The notes beneath the pieces are model-generated. The model was not told the origin of the DNA. It worked only from the letters and a program-made list of their open reading frames with translations, and searched no databases. A DNA stretch of 64,000 nucleotides from the human T2T-CHM13v2.0 reference genome, Homo sapiens: the NCBI RefSeq assembly GCF_009914755.1, contig NC_060945.1. One strand, given 5' to 3'. The translations under genes were made by a program, and so were the position numbers. Shown in pieces: positions 13,140 to 28,000 of this stretch (position 1 is the first letter of the stretch; each line of letters begins with the position of its first letter).

Positions 13140-13464
13140 GGCCAGGTACGGTGGCTCATTCCTGTAATCCCAGCATATTGGGAGGCCTAAGCAATTGGAT
13201 CACCTGAGGTCATGAGCTCAAGACCAGCCCGGCCAACATGGTGAAAGTCCATTCCTACTAAAAATACAAAAAAAATTAGCCGGGCTTAGTGGCAGGTACC
13301 TGTAATCCCAGCTACTCGGGAGGCTGAGGCAAGAGAACCGCTTGAACCTGGGAGTCAGAGGTTTCAGTGAGCCGAGACCATGCCATTGCACTCCAGCCTA
13401 GGCAACAAGAGCAAAACCCTGTCTCAAAAAAGGAAAAAAAAAAAAAAAGGTAAGGAAAAAAAAG
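13140..13464 (+). mobile_element. AluSq/Sx-like
   Basis: Full Alu with GGCAACAAGAGC; AAAATATTTAGTG TSD on both sides. Confidence 0.95.
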
Positions 13465-14725
13465 AAAAATATTTAGTGAGGCCTCCAACATGCCAGATAG
13501 TAGTCTAGGAGTTGCTATTAAGGTGGTAATAGGACAGAAAAGCACTCTAATTTCTGGAGGTGATTTCTCCAGGGGCTTGTACGGCAATAGGTTTTTCAAG
13601 AAGGTGTTTGTGGAAAACTAATATCTGGGAAAGAAGAAACATAAATAGATAAGTAAGCAATCAGTATTCAAGAAGCTAACATTTGAATCTTATAAGAAAA
13701 TGGAGAGGTTTTAATATGAACTAGGTATTGATTATGCTATATGTATTGAGGGGTGGAAACTGGATTAGATTAACTGCCCTTATCAGTGGCAAGTATAAAG
13801 TTTGCAAAAGAATAAATCTTATGTTTACAATCCTCCTGAGCAAAAGCAGTTAAAGTGTATAAGATTAAATTATGTTGATAGCTATCAGAATAATATGCTA
13901 TATTTAAGTAAGTCCTTGAAGGCAATAGCTATATTTATCATATCTTTACTATGTAAAATATGTAATGTAAAAATTGTCAAACAAAAAACTGCATGTCCAT
14001 AACAAAGAAAAGTATGCTTATGAGTTCCACAATTGTTACTGATTAACCTTAATAAAGAAACAAACGAACAAACAAACTCAAATAAAAGAAGCTATTGACC
14101 AAGGAGAGCAAGAACAATTTCTCACATGTAGACAGACATTCATTACTTCTAATAATGCTTTATCTACACTTCAGAAGTATTTGGATAATAATTTTACTGT
14201 ATTTTCGCAGCCATAGGATAGAGGTAGGTGTCTGACTGTGCATGTATTTGTGTATGTGTATATATGTAATTTCTATCACTGTTGACCTCTAAAATTAAAG
14301 GGCAGAGTTCAAGAGAAAGAATTAATTATTTTTTGAGAAAAATGGAAGCTGGTTCATTGCTGTTTCTTATATGGAAAATAATAAAGAAAGCATAAATGGC
14401 TAATGAAAAATGAATACTATTTACATCAGAAATAGCAACTAATCAGTTTAGGGTGATGGCTTACAATATTGCTGATTATGTAAATGTGGAAAATCAATGA
14501 CCTAGTGAAAAATTTAAATATAAAAACGGAGTCAATAAGAGGAAAAAAAGAGGTATATAATTTGTGGAAATATTTCATAAGGAAATGGACATTTCTGAAA
14601 TGTGGACTCTGTGATGAGAGAAAGAATATTTGATATTATTGGACAATTTATCTGTTTTCAAAAATTGCTCACAAAGCACTTTTCAATTGAGTTGTTCACT
14701 AAGGCTGCAACTATTTAACAAATAA

Positions 14726-15077
<352 letters not shown>

Positions 15078-15430
15078 AGAAATAATTATTTTCAATGCTA
15101 TTCTCAACAATTACCTAAAAGCTATTATTTATTTTGATTCAATTAGCCAAATCATATTCCTCTATTTCACCTAGGATTTATATAAAAGTTAAGTGTTTGT
15201 AAGAATTAAAGAATATCATGAACAGGTCATTATTTGAAGAAGGATTTCTTCATTAAAATTGATTACCTTTAAAAACAAAATTATTGTAAGGTTAGAAATT
15301 CTAATCAAACAACTCATTGCACGTTTATAATGAGAAGCTAAGCTTATCTAATTTATCACATAGTATACATATATGTACATACAGTTATATTTATGCGTGC
15401 TTATGCATATATTATATATAAATAAATAAT

Positions 15431-15770
15431 GTATATATTATTTCATTCAGGCTGCAATAACAAAATACCATATATTGGGTAATCTGTAAACAATAGAGAT
15501 GTATTTCTCACAATTCTGGAGGCTAGTAATCCAAGATCAACGTAGCAACAAATTTGATATGGGGTGAGGACCCATTTCCTTGTTCATATGTTCTCACGGG
15601 ACAAACAAGCTCACTTGTGCCTATTTTATAAGGACACTAATTGCATTATGAAGGCCCACCCTCATGACCTAATCACATGTAAAAAGGCCCTGATACCTGA
15701 TACCTTCACCTTGGGGGCTAGGACTACAATGTATGAATTTAGGAGGTATATAAACATCCCAATCACAGCA
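15431..15770 (-). mobile_element. MaLR solo LTR (MLT1A-like)
   Basis: CAGGCTGCAATAACAAAATACCAT...TTTCTCACAATTCTGGAGGCT...CCCTCATGACCTAATCAC...CACCTTGGGGGCTAGG. Confidence 0.88.
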
Positions 15771-16551
15771 CATGAATACTCACAGACGTACACACACATT
15801 ATTATAAACGCAGATATATATATATATATATATCTTATTTATTACATCAACTGTACTTTAACACATGTGCTTTTCATGTAGAATATATTGTGCTTTCTCT
15901 AAAGGAGTTTTAAAAAAGGGTGATAAATTAAAGTACCAAGTTTGAAGAAAAGGAAAGATAAGAAATAGGCCATAGACTATAAACTCCTTTTCATTCATTA
16001 TGCTTCATAAATTATTTAATTGTATATTTGGAATATATGAAAGGACATTTTAAATTTTGTGTAGTGCATGAAGTAAAAATAAAAATGAGAAATACCTGCA
16101 TACCCCACTATTTAAAATAATTACAATATTACAAGCATTTTAGAGAAACCTGTGGCTTCTTCCAGATCCAATTACCTTCTCTTCCTCACATAGGCATAAT
16201 GAATGTTCTATTTTAAAAAGTTTATCTTTCTTGTACTTTCATCTGCAGTTTTTCTTCCTTTTGGATTTTTATGAATAGAATTAAACTGCACGGTGTTTTG
16301 ACTTGCCTGCATTCTCAACTTTATGTTCCTGAGAATCATCTATGTGGTCATATAAACTGTAGATCATTCATTTTTCATGGATGAAATTCATTTTATGAAC
16401 AAGCTACAATTTAATTTCTTGCTAATTTTGATGGGCATGTGGGTGGTTTCCAGTGTGGAGGGGTTACAAATAATGCTACTCTGAGGCTTTTTGCATATGT
16501 GTCTTGATGCAGATATGCAAGAAGATATCTAGGAATGAAATTGTTTGCTTC

Positions 16552-16955
16552 GAGTCTAAAGAGAAAAAGTAGAACCAATTTTGAGCATTTAAACCACAGG
16601 GAGTAAAATGCAGAAAATGTTTTACATGTATAAGAAGCTACCAGAGGGCAGTGAAGCCAGAAGAGGATAACAAAGCAGGAAGCCCCTGCTACCCTTTGGA
16701 AAAGTGACAGATGGGAAGACGGGTTTCCAGATGCTTGGTGCTGGTTACTGTTTGCTGAAGCAGGAATGAATTCTGCCCTGTCTTCCCCTTGAAATGTTTT
16801 CCTCTGTTTCCCATGGATGTAACTGAGCAGGAAAGCATCTGACTTTGGGACACGGGATGCACTGTTTTTAAGTAACAAACTCCATATGATACAGAGTAGA
16901 GCAGCAAAAGGGTGAGGAATAAATCAGATGAAAAATAGGCTTAGTACCAGCAAGT
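16552..16955. mobile_element. Ancient LTR-like insert (MLT1M/N-like)
   Basis: Compositional break inside the L1; GATACAGAGTAGAGCAG...GGGTGAGGAAT resembles old MaLR ends. Confidence 0.4.
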
Positions 16956-17837
16956 GTTGAGGTAGTTGTATTATTTCAAATACTTGTCTAAAATGGTTTT
17001 ACTATTTAAATTTCCACAAATAGTGTAAAAGCATTTGTTTTTAGTTCATATGCACAGTAATATTTAAAAATGTCATTTAATTGTGTGTCAGTCTTATGTA
17101 CATAAATATCTCATTGCGTTTCAGTGCCTTTATGCAGTTACTAATAAGGATAGAAATTTTCTGTAGTTTTTGACCATCTTTTCTCATTGCGAGCTATTCT
17201 GCTTTTGACCATTGTCCTGTTGTTTTTGTTTTGTTAATTATTTTAACAATTTCTTTATAGATTCTGGATATTATTTATTGTTTAGTTATACATGCTGTAT
17301 CTTTTTCAATGGCCTTAAATTCCAACTTCCATTTTGTGTCTTTCAATAAAAAGATATTCCTAATTATGTGGTTTATTTTTTATCGTTGTTTATTATTTGT
17401 GTGTGTTTTGTTTCTTGCTTAAGAAACCTGTTACTCTTTGTTAGTCATGAAAATACTCTTCTTTATTATCTTTTAAAGTTTTGTAGTTTCATGATTTCCA
17501 ATTAAGCCTTAAATAGCTGATATTTATTTGCTATGTGATGTGAGGGGATACATTTTCTTTCACTGTGTAGTTAGCTGTGCTAGGCCTATTTATTGAAAAC
17601 TGTGATTATCTACAATAGAAGCTATATCATAAAGCATATTCCCACATATGAACTGCTGGGTTTTCTACTCTGTTTCTTATATCAATTTATATATCTCTTG
17701 TCCAGCCTCATAATTACCATTGCTTACATTACCATGTTATTGTAACTGTGTTCTCTTTATAAAAATTATTGATATGTGGAAAGCAAAATCAACTTTATTA
17801 GTGAATTTATGATTCTGAGTCTTTTGTACTTAATATA

Positions 17838-17884
17838 CATTACTTTCAATGGCAAAACAGCAATTTACTTTTGCACCAACCTAA
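17838..17884. mobile_element. MADE1 (Hsmar1-derived MITE), one half
   Basis: CATTACTTTCAATGGCAAAACAGCAATTTACTTTTGCACCAACCTAA followed by TA. Confidence 0.9.
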
Positions 17885-18079
17885 TAGAACCAGTTTGTCT
17901 AATTCCATTAACATTTCAATACAAGTTTTAATTGAAAATAAATGGATCTATACTATCTAGAGAGATTTAGGAGAGATTGCTATTCTTACGGTATTGATTA
18001 ATCTCTTCCATTAACATGTACATCTCTTTCGTGTTTGTCTGCTTAAATATGTTACACTCCTCTTAAAAATGTTTTTGCA

Positions 18080-18370
18080 GTTAGGCGTGATGGCTCATGC
18101 AATACCAGCACTTTGGGAGGCTGAAACTAGAGCTTCACTTGAACTCAGGAGTTCAAGACCAGCCTAGGCAACATAGCGAGACCTAGCTCTACAAAACAAT
18201 TAAAAAAAAGTAGCCATGCATGGTGGCATGTGCCTGTAGTCAAAGGAAGTCGGGAGGCTAAGATAGAAGGATTGCTTGAGCCCAGTTGTTCAACGCTACA
18301 GTGAGCCATGATTGCTCCATTGCACTTCAGCCTGGGCAGCAGAGTAAGACAGAGCAAGACTCTGTCTCCA
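18080..18370 (+). mobile_element. AluJ
   Basis: GGCAACATAGCGAGACC and GGATTGCTTGAGCCCAG are J diagnostics; tail decayed. Confidence 0.92.
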
Positions 18371-18489
18371 CATCCCCCCAAAATTTGCATAATTATTGAA
18401 TATAATAGATATGATTTATTTATTAAAAGTCTATCTGTTACCAAATCATGTTATCTGTTTGTGGCTCATGTCAATGACAAAATAGCAAA

Positions 18490-19330
18490 TTTAATTTTTT
18501 AAAACACTGAAATTGCAATAATTGTATGTATACAGATCACCATTTTTTTCACTAAGTAAATTCTCCAGGTAGAATCAGCATACAGATCAAGGATTAAACA
18601 TAAGCAGCTCCCAAAAGGAATTCATTGCCCGTTTCCTAAATCTAGTCCCAAGGGTTAGCATTAACATAACTTCTAACACCATGGAATAATTTTGCCTTTT
18701 TGAGGGAAGTATATGTAAAATGAAGCAACAGCGCCTTTGTATCTATTTTGTTCGACATAATGTTTCTAAGATTCCTTTATGTTTTCATGTAAGAATAGTC
18801 TACTCATTTTCATTGCTGAGTTACTTTATAGTCCTTCATAATTGCCATACAATTGTGACCCAATTTATGTATCTTTTCCAATGCTGATGGATACTGGTGT
18901 TGTTTCCAGGTTTGTGCATTTCAAACAGTGCTGTTATGTACATTCAGATACTTATGTGGTGAACATAGATACACCTTTCTGTTGGGCATGTTCCTACTGG
19001 TAGAATTACTGGGCCAAAAGATCTACAGTCTCAGTAGTATGTGCTGAAAAGTTTTCAGAATTGATATAATAATTTATAGATCCCCCTGCAACATATAAGA
19101 ACGTTCCATGCACTCACTAACATTTCGTAATGTCAGGACCTTTTTTTTACTGTTGTTATTTTCTTATGTGTTAATTTCTTATATGTTATTCTCTTATTTC
19201 TCATATTTTCTTACATAGTAGTATCATTTTTTAATTTTAATTTGCCTGATGGCTAATAAAACTTAGCACATTCTCATGTGTTCTAGTCCATATAGGTACC
19301 CTCTTTAGGAATATCCCAATTCTATATTCT
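18490..19330 (-). mobile_element. Old L1M (ME/MD) 3' fragment
   Basis: CAGATCAAGGATTAAACAT, GCTGATGGATACTGGTGTTGTTTCCAG, TTTTAATTTGCCTGATGGCTAAT. Confidence 0.7.
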
Positions 19331-19419
19331 ATGTTTGGAAGAAATTTAAAAAAGAAAATCAATGAACAACAAAACAATTTTTTCTTCATCTCAAAAAACT
19401 AACTTTGGTAAATGAACTA

Positions 19420-21030
19420 ATATCCTTGAAAAGAATATATACTTGTGATTATTTAGTGCAATGATCTTTCTCTTTCTCATTTCAGATTATTGCTATAATT
19501 AACTGATTTAGTCCATTTGTTCTGTCAAAAATCATGTACAGTTTTTTAACATCTACAACTATGTTTACGGTTATTAGTCTACTTTTAGTTCTGTCAATTT
19601 TGCTTTATATATGAAGCTCTAATTTCAGGTACATGCAGCTTTTATATTTTTTTCTTTGTACAAATTTATGGGGTACCTGTGCAATTTTGCTACATACAGA
19701 GATTGCATAGTGATAAAAGTCAGGGCTTTTAGGGTATCCATCATTTGAATAATGCACATTGTACCCATTAACCATGTCTTCCTGATGAATTGACCCTTTT
19801 CTCATTCCATGTGCCCCTTTTAACAATTTATAGTAATATATCATGTCTTTAAATTGGCTTATTATGTATTTTCTGTTTAACCCATCTTTTTTACTTTTTG
19901 TGTTAATTAATTACAAATTAATTCATTAATTTATTTTCTATTAACTTGTTAAGTAGTTATTTTCTTATTATATAGTTAATGGTACACTAAAGATTAAAAT
20001 AAACATATATTAGCATTCCATGGAAAACTTTTTACATTTTCCATTCTTTCATAAATGCTAGGAATCTGGAAGTATCTAACTCCAGGTATCTCCTTTCCAT
20101 CTTTGTATTATTATCACGCATTTCAATACTATACATACTTTAAAATCAAATACTATTAACAGCCAATATTCATTTATGCATACCAAGACACTTAACATCT
20201 CTCTTGCTTTTTATTACTTCCAACAATTTTGAGTTTATCTTTTTTTTTCCTGCCTGCCTGTCTACTGGTGACGAATTATTTTTGTTTTGTTTATCCAAAT
20301 ATGTCATTATGTTACTTCTCTTTTTGAAGTGTATTATTTGCTGGATGTAGAATTTAATTGATAGCAACCGTATTTTTGGTACTTTAAAAATATTATTATA
20401 TTTTCTTATGGATTTAATAGCTTCTTTTTACATATTAACAGAAGTCTTATTTTTGCTTTTTCTAGGTATTATATTTCTTTTATTCCTCTAATGCTACTTT
20501 TGAGATTTTTCTCTTTGTATATATTGTCGAGCAATATTAATCGAGGTAAAATTTTTTTTTATTTATCAAGTTTAGGTTTCTCTGACATTGTGGAATTTGT
20601 GAGTGTATGTATTTTATCAGTTTAGAACATTCTTGGTTTTTAACTCTTTAAACATTTCTACTTCAATTTTTCTTTCCAGGTCTCTCAGATTTCAATAATT
20701 TGTGTGTCACATCTTGAAGCTTCTGTTCCTTTTTCACTCTTTATTCTCACTATGCTTTAAGCTAACACAGGTATTCTATTTATCTGTTTTGCCATTCATG
20801 TAATTACATTTTTATTCTAGGATTTCCATTTCCCCTATGATATCCTGAAAAATTTAACCTTTGCCTTTTTTTCTTCACTTTTCCAGTATTTTCTTTAGCA
20901 CACTATTTATTTTTACTTTAAATTCTTTGTTTGATAACAACATATAGATATCTCTAATGATGTGGATCTGTTTATTTTGGATATTTTTCTGTACGTTGAA
21001 GTTTATTAGATTCTGTCTCTTGGTATGCCA
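19420..21030 (-). mobile_element. Old L1M ORF2 5'/ORF1-side remnants
   Basis: T-rich antisense L1 motifs: TTCTGTCAATTTTGCTTTATATAT, TTGCTGGATGTAGAATT, TTTTATCAGTTTAGAACATTCTTGG. Confidence 0.6.
19645..19772 (-). mobile_element. L1PB/L1MA 3' end, nested
   Basis: AAATTTATGGGGTACCTGTGCAATTTTG...GCTTTTAGGGTATCCATCA...CATTGTACCCATTAA. Confidence 0.85.
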
Positions 21031-21340
21031 TAAATGATGGAATAATGTAATGTATCCATCATAGAATGTGGAATGATGCACCTGCTGTGTAACATATAGT
21101 ACAAGTCACAGATGGCAATTTCTTCCTTCAAATAGGGTTTAACAGTTCATCTTCTAAGAAGATTAAATAGTGGGGTAGCAGAGAGTCCTGCTTGCTTTAT
21201 TCCAGTCAGGTACTGAGCCAAGTTGGTTCTGCATTATAGCTTAATGTGCTAGCTAGTTCTGGTTTGTCCCTGCAGGCCTTCCAGTTGAGAGTTTGATTTT
21301 TCCTCTAAGGGCCCGCATTCTCCAGTAGACAGAACTGTAA

Positions 21341-21718
<378 letters not shown>

Positions 21719-22344
21719 CACCTCTGAATTTTATATATCTAATTTACATCCAAAAATCTTAATAATTCTCATTGATTCTAACAGTTTATTTATAGATTTT
21801 GGGAGAGCTTTACCTATAGTTAGTAATATTTCCTCTGAAAGTAAAAAAATTTCTGTTTGTTTTTCCTTCCACCCTTTTATTAAACTTATTTCTATTTATT
21901 TGTCTTGGAGTACTTGCCAGAAACACTCTCTTTTTAAATTTTATTATAATTGTATTGTCCTGAGTTTTTATAAATTAAAATAACTTACTTTTAAATTTTC
22001 AATGAAATATATATTGTTTTCTGTAGGTTTTTGGAGATTCCCTTTACTTGCTTAAGGATATTCTATGTTAACTAAGAATGTTAAAATCAATCACCTGCAT
22101 CTACCTAGGTGAACATATAAATTTTCTCTTTTAAGTAGTTTAAATAGTGAATTAATTATTTCTCTCATGCTAACCTAGTTTTTCTAGAAAAAACTCACCA
22201 TCATTACATGTTTCTCATATATATATATGAATATAGTTTCAGGTTCTATGTGCTGATATAAAATTTTTACATTTATATTCACAAGTGATTCTGGCCTACA
22301 TTTTATGTTATTTTTTGTCTTTGTGACAACTTTGTTCTCCAGTA

Positions 22345-23400
22345 ATTTTTAAATTAGGTTTTCAAAGACAAGAAAGTTGAAAGAATTTTACAGTGAAGGT
22401 AAAATAAGTGCCACCTAGATTCTACGAGTAACATTTAATATATTTGTTTGAACATGTGACTGTCCATCTATCTATCCGTTTATCAGATGTGTTTTTAAAG
22501 CATCTCAGGGCATACTGAAGACATAAATACACTTCCTCACAAATCTGTCAGCATAGATGCTGATGTTGACAAGAGTTCAATTTTGTTTTATGGTTTTTTG
22601 TTTCTGAAAATGTATATGGAATAAAATGCAAAGTTTTTAGGTAATAATTCAATGAGTTAAAAAAATGCTTATTGTTGGGCATCCCAAACACTTATGATGT
22701 GCAGAATATCATCATTCCGGAAGGTTTTCACATTCCACTGTCTGAAACACGTCACTCACCCCCACCATCAGGCAACAATTGTTCCCACCATAAACCAGTA
22801 TTGTCCATTTTACCACTTCATATGAATAGAATCATATACTGTGTACTCTTTCAGTCACATTCATGTTTTTCATACTCATTCATTTTGCATGCAACAGAAG
22901 TACATTTATGTTTCTTGCTGAGTAGTTTTCCAATGTGCGATTTTTTTTTTCCTGTTGATGAAACTTTGGGTTGTTCCAGGTTTTTGAACATTCCATACAA
23001 GACTACTTATAAACTTACACTCACGGGCATGGTGTTTTGGGAACATATGAGTATATGTTTGGTTTATAAAACACTGCCAGCCAATTTTCAAAAGAAGTTG
23101 TACAATTGTACACTCCAGCAACAGAGTATGAGGATTAGTTACTGCATATCCTTGACAATATTTTGGTATAGTCGGTCTCTTTAATTTTAGATGGTCTGGT
23201 AAGTGTAGTGGCATGGCACTGTAGTTTTAACTTACATTTCCCTGATAATGAGTTCTTTTCATGTATTTATTAGTTACATGTGTATATTCTTTTATGAAAT
23301 ATCTGCTCAAATAATTTGCTCATTTGTAATGGGTTATTTGACTTTTAAATATTGAGGTGTAGGGTTTTGTTGTATGTGGTTGTTTGTCTCATTTGACAGA
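22345..23400 (-). mobile_element. L1ME-type 3' fragment
   Basis: AGAAAGTTGAAAGAATTTTACAGTGAA...CCACCTAGATTCTAC; CACTCCAGCAACAGAGTATGAG; TACATTTCCCTGAT. Confidence 0.75.
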
Positions 23401-23444
23401 TTCCAACTTTTTAAAAAGTTTTTGAATGTTGCACCTGCTGGGTA

Positions 23445-23447
<3 letters not shown>

Positions 23448-23492
<45 letters not shown>
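23448..23492. repeat. (TG)n microsatellite
   Basis: About 19 perfect GT units followed by interrupted units. Confidence 0.97.
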
Positions 23493-24721
23493 CGTTCTAT
23501 TTATAATACTTGAGTTTAATAGAACGTCTTGAATTTATATGTTTGTCTTTTTAACAAATTAAGACCATAGTCAGTCAGTCATTATTTTCCCAAAATATTT
23601 GCTGCTGTACTATTTTCAGACTTTCCACTTGCTCTACTCCTCCTAAGGAAAACATTACAGATATGTTAGTCCTATTGATATTATGCTACAAGTGCCTGAG
23701 TCTGCTCCATTAAAAAGAATTAGTTTTACCATTTTTTAGATTGTATAATTTCTATGAATCTACTTAATTTTTTAATATTTATTCTTTGGTTAAGCCTAGT
23801 TAGTGATTTTTTTTAATTTTTTCAGGTATTATGTTTTTCATTATTGAATATTCATTTGCTTCATTATGCTTAGATATCCTTTTTATTGATTACAATAATG
23901 TTTTCTCTTATTTCTTAATTATAATAGCTACTGTAAAATTCTTGTCCTGTAATTCCAACATCTAGGTCAGCCTGTGTGGTTAGTCTTTATTAATCATCTC
24001 CCCTTGTCAGTATGAATTATGTTTTTCTGTTTCTTCTTGTAAATTAATTTTAACCTTTTCTGGCTCATGAATGATTCAAAGGATCTTTTTTGATGGCTAC
24101 ACTTTCTTTTTAGGAATATATATATATTTAGAAAAATATATATTTTATATATATTATATATAAGAATATATATAGGTATATGTATTAGTACAAATATCAG
24201 TTTCGTCTTCAATTTTTCAGGGAATGTCTTATATTTTTGGTGAGAAAGAGGTTTCATTATTTATAACCTATAAAAGCACTGTAATCACTCCTTTTAAAAT
24301 ATTACCACAGCTTCTTATCCAGCAGACTACCCTCTTGGAGAGTGTTCTATCAAAACTCCTTGATGCCAGCTGACATGCTCTCATCCATATGGCCCACAGA
24401 ACACACAAACAACTTGTCACATAATCCTGAGAGTATCGACATGGGCTGTTTCATCTAGCTCTTCATATTCATTATTTCACACGGGGTGAGTAAAAATCAG
24501 CAAATCAACTCCATTGATTATGGATGGCCTTAAATTCTAGAGTATGCCTGTTGGGTTTTCCAGAGAAGGAAATAATCCCTGCTTGCTCTACTCTAGCTGT
24601 ACTTTAGTAACATACTTTTTTTAAGCGTAGAACACTCCTACGTGAAGATACTCCTAATATTCAACAGAAAAGCAACAGCTTACCTTTTGACTATAGTAAA
24701 AGACATTTAAGTGATCTTATT

Positions 24722-24982
24722 TTGATTTTTGTTTTTAAAAATGTAGTAAAACATTCGTAACATAAAATTTGCTATCTTAACCATTTTTAACCTTCTTAAC
24801 CATTTTTAACTGTACAGTTCAATAGTATTAATTCATTCACATTGTTGAGAAACAGATCACTAGAACGTCTGTGTCTTGCAAATCTGAAACTCTATACCAA
24901 TGAAACAACTCCCCATTGCCCCTCCCTTGCTCCTGGTAACCATTATTGTACTTTCTGCTTCTAAGAATTTGACTACTTTAGT
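24722..24982 (-). mobile_element. L1MB 3' end
   Basis: AACATAAAATTTGCTATCTTAACCATTTTTAA...TGTACAGTTCA...CTGAAACTCTATACC...CCTGGTAACCATTATTGTACTTTCTG. Confidence 0.85.
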
Positions 24983-25057
24983 TGCTAATTGTAATTAAGA
25001 ATTTGAATACTTCAGTTTCTAATTGTAATTTTAATGTATAATTGCAATTAAACATTA

Positions 25058-28000
25058 TCTTTTATAAAAGACTTTATTTTAGAGCAGTTTTAGGTTTACA
25101 GAAAAATTGAACAGAAGTTAGGAAAATTTTTCATGTACTCCCTGCCTCCACACATACATAGATTTCTCCATTATAACATTCTCAACCAGAATAGAACAAT
25201 AATTACAATGCTGAGCCTACACTGACACATCATTAACACTTAAAGTCCATAGTTTACATTGGAGTTCACTCTTGGTGTTTTACATTCGGTGGGTTTGGAC
25301 CAAAGTATAATGACATGCATTCACTATTCTAGTTTCAGAGTATAGTGTCACTACTCCAAAATTCCTATGTGCTCTGCCTACTCGTAACATGCTTCCCACT
25401 AACCTCTAGAAACCATGATATTTTTATTGTCTTTATAGTTTTGCCTTGGCCAGAATATCATTTAGTTAGAATCTTAGCATCATAGAACATTTAGTCTTTC
25501 AGATTGCCTTCTTTCACTTAGCACTCATTTAAGTTTCTCCATATCTTTTCAGGACTTGATAGCTCATTTCTTTTTAACACTGAATAGTGTTCAGTTTTCT
25601 AGATGCACCCTAGTTTATCTGTCCATTTACCTCACTGAAAGACACCTTGGAAGCTTCTAGATTCTGCAGTATGAATAAAGCTGCTATAAACATCTGTATG
25701 CAGGTTTTTGAGTGGACATAACTTTTCAATTTCCTTCAGGAAATGGCACAACTGCTGGATTATATGGTAGGTGTATGTTCAGATTTTTAAGAACCCCAAG
25801 GCTGTCTTCCAAAGTGGCTGTACAATTTGCTTTCCCAACATAAATGAATGATAGTACTTGTTGCTTGACATTTTTGTCAGCATTTATTGTTGTCAATGTT
25901 CTAAATTTCATCCACTCTACAGATGATTAGTGGTATCTCATTGTTGTTTTAATTTGCATTTCCCTGATGATATAAGATGTAGTGTATCTTTTCAGATACT
26001 AATTTACCATCTGTTCATGTTCTTTGAGGAAGTGTCCATAATGATCTTTGGCCCATTTTTTTTTTAATTGGGTTGTTTGTCCTCTTATTGGTTAGTCTTA
26101 AGAGTTCTTTGCATCTTTTGGATAACAGTATTTTATCAGATATGTCTTTTGTGAACATTTTCTACCAGTATGTGACTAGCCTTTTCATTCTTTTGATGAT
26201 GTCTTTCTCAAAGCAGAAGTTTTAAGAATTTTAATGAAGCCTAGCTTATCAGTTATTTCTTTTATGGATCCCATCTTAGTGTTACATCTACAAAGTCATT
26301 GCCAAGCCCTAGCTCATTCTAGATTTCTCCTATGTTATCGTCTATTATTTTTATAGTTTTGGGTTTTAGATTTAGGTCTGTGATACATAATGGATGAACT
26401 TTGGTGAGGGATGTAAAGTCAGTGTCTATATTCATACTTTGCATGTGGATGACCAGTTGTTTCAGCACCATTTGTCTAAAGATTATCCTTTTACTATTTT
26501 TATTGTCTTTGCTCCATTGTCAAAGATGAGTTGACTATATCTGTCTGGATCTATTTCTGGGATTTCCATTCTGTTTCATTTGTCTATGTGTCCATTCTTT
26601 CACCAGTACAGCACTATCTTGATTATGGTAGCTTTATGGTAAAACTTGAAGTTGAGTAATATCAGTCCTTCAACTTGTCCTTCTCCTTCAATATTGTGTT
26701 AGCTATTTTAGGTCTTTTGCCTCATTATATAAACATTAAAGTTAGTTTGTCAATATTTGCAAAATAACGTCTTGAGATTTTGCTTGAGATTGCATTGTAT
26801 CTATCAATTGAGTAGGAAAGAACAGGTATCTTCACAATATTGAGTCTTTCTATCTGTGAATGTGGAATACCTTTCCATTTACTATGTTCTTTGACTTCTC
26901 TCATTAGAATGTTGTAGTTTTTCTCATATAGATTTTGTATAGTTTTATTAGATTTATGCAAAAGTATTCCCTTTTGGGGGTTGCCAATATAAGAAGTATT
27001 TTTTTAAACTGTCAGATTCTATTTGTTCACTGCTAGTACGTGGGAATCAATTGACTTTTGCACATTAATCTTGTATCCTGCAAACTTGCTCAAATCTTTT
27101 ATTAATTCCAGGAACACTTTTATCCAGTCTTTTAGGTTTTCTACATAGACTATCATGTTATCTGCAAACAAGGACAATTTATTTTTTTCCTTCCCAATCA
27201 GTGTAACTTTTACTGCTTTTTCTTGTCTTATTGCATTAATAGGGCTTGTAGTACAGTGCTGAAAAGCTTTGGTCAGAGAGAACATTCTCACCTTGCTTCT
27301 GATCTTAGTAGGAAAGATCCAAATTTCTCTCTATTAAGTATGATGTTTGCTGTAATTTTTTTTTGTAGATCTTATTTTTCAAGTTAAGGATGCTCTTTTC
27401 TTTTTTGTTTATGTATTTATTTTTTATTTTAATTTTTGTGGGTACATAGTAGATGTATATATTTATGGGGTACATGAGATATTTTGATACAGGCATGCAA
27501 TGTGAAATAGACGCATCATGAAGAATGGGGTATCCATCCCCTCAAGCATTTATCCTTTGAATTACAAGCAATCTATTGCACCCTTTACGTTATTTTAAAG
27601 TGTGTAATTATTATTGACTAAAGTCACCTTATTGTGCTATCAAATAATAAGACTTATTCATTCTTTCCACTTTTGTACCCCTTAACCATCCCCATCCCCC
27701 CAAGCTCCCAATACCCTTCCCAGTCTCTGGTACACATCCTTTTACTTCTATATTGATGAGTTCAATTGTTTTGATTTTTAGATCCCCTTCTATTTCTAGT
27801 TTACTGAAAGTTTTTTATCATGGATGAGTGTAAGATTTTGTCAAATGCTATTTCTTCATCTATTTATATGATTTTATAATTTTTCTTTCTTAGCCTGTTA
27901 ATATGATTGACTACATTAATTAACTTTTTTGAATGTTGAGTAACTAGCCTTGTATATATGGAATAAATCACACTGGGGTCATGGCACATAATTATTTTCA

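Larger units (their letters stand above)
16030..18075 (-). mobile_element. Old L1ME-type fragment, interrupted by an LTR-like insert and a MADE1 half
   Basis: TTCCTGAGAATCATCTATGT, GATGGGCATGTGGGTGGTTTCCAG, TCTTTATAGATTCTGGATAT and TTTATTGAAAA are antisense L1 3'UTR/ORF2 motifs. Confidence 0.7.

Noticed and set aside
16411-16907. 155-aa and 72-aa minus-strand ORFs
   Set aside because: They span an L1/LTR junction in decayed repeats and contain no recognisable domain.
17838-17884. MADE1 as a mir-548-type precursor (also 62440-62484)
   Set aside because: Each copy is only about half the palindrome, so neither can fold into the mir-548 hairpin, and the two halves are 45 kb apart.
22672-23214. 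Longest ORF (170 aa) and its antisense partner
   Set aside because: Lies entirely in old L1ME sequence; a chance open frame with a non-ATG start.
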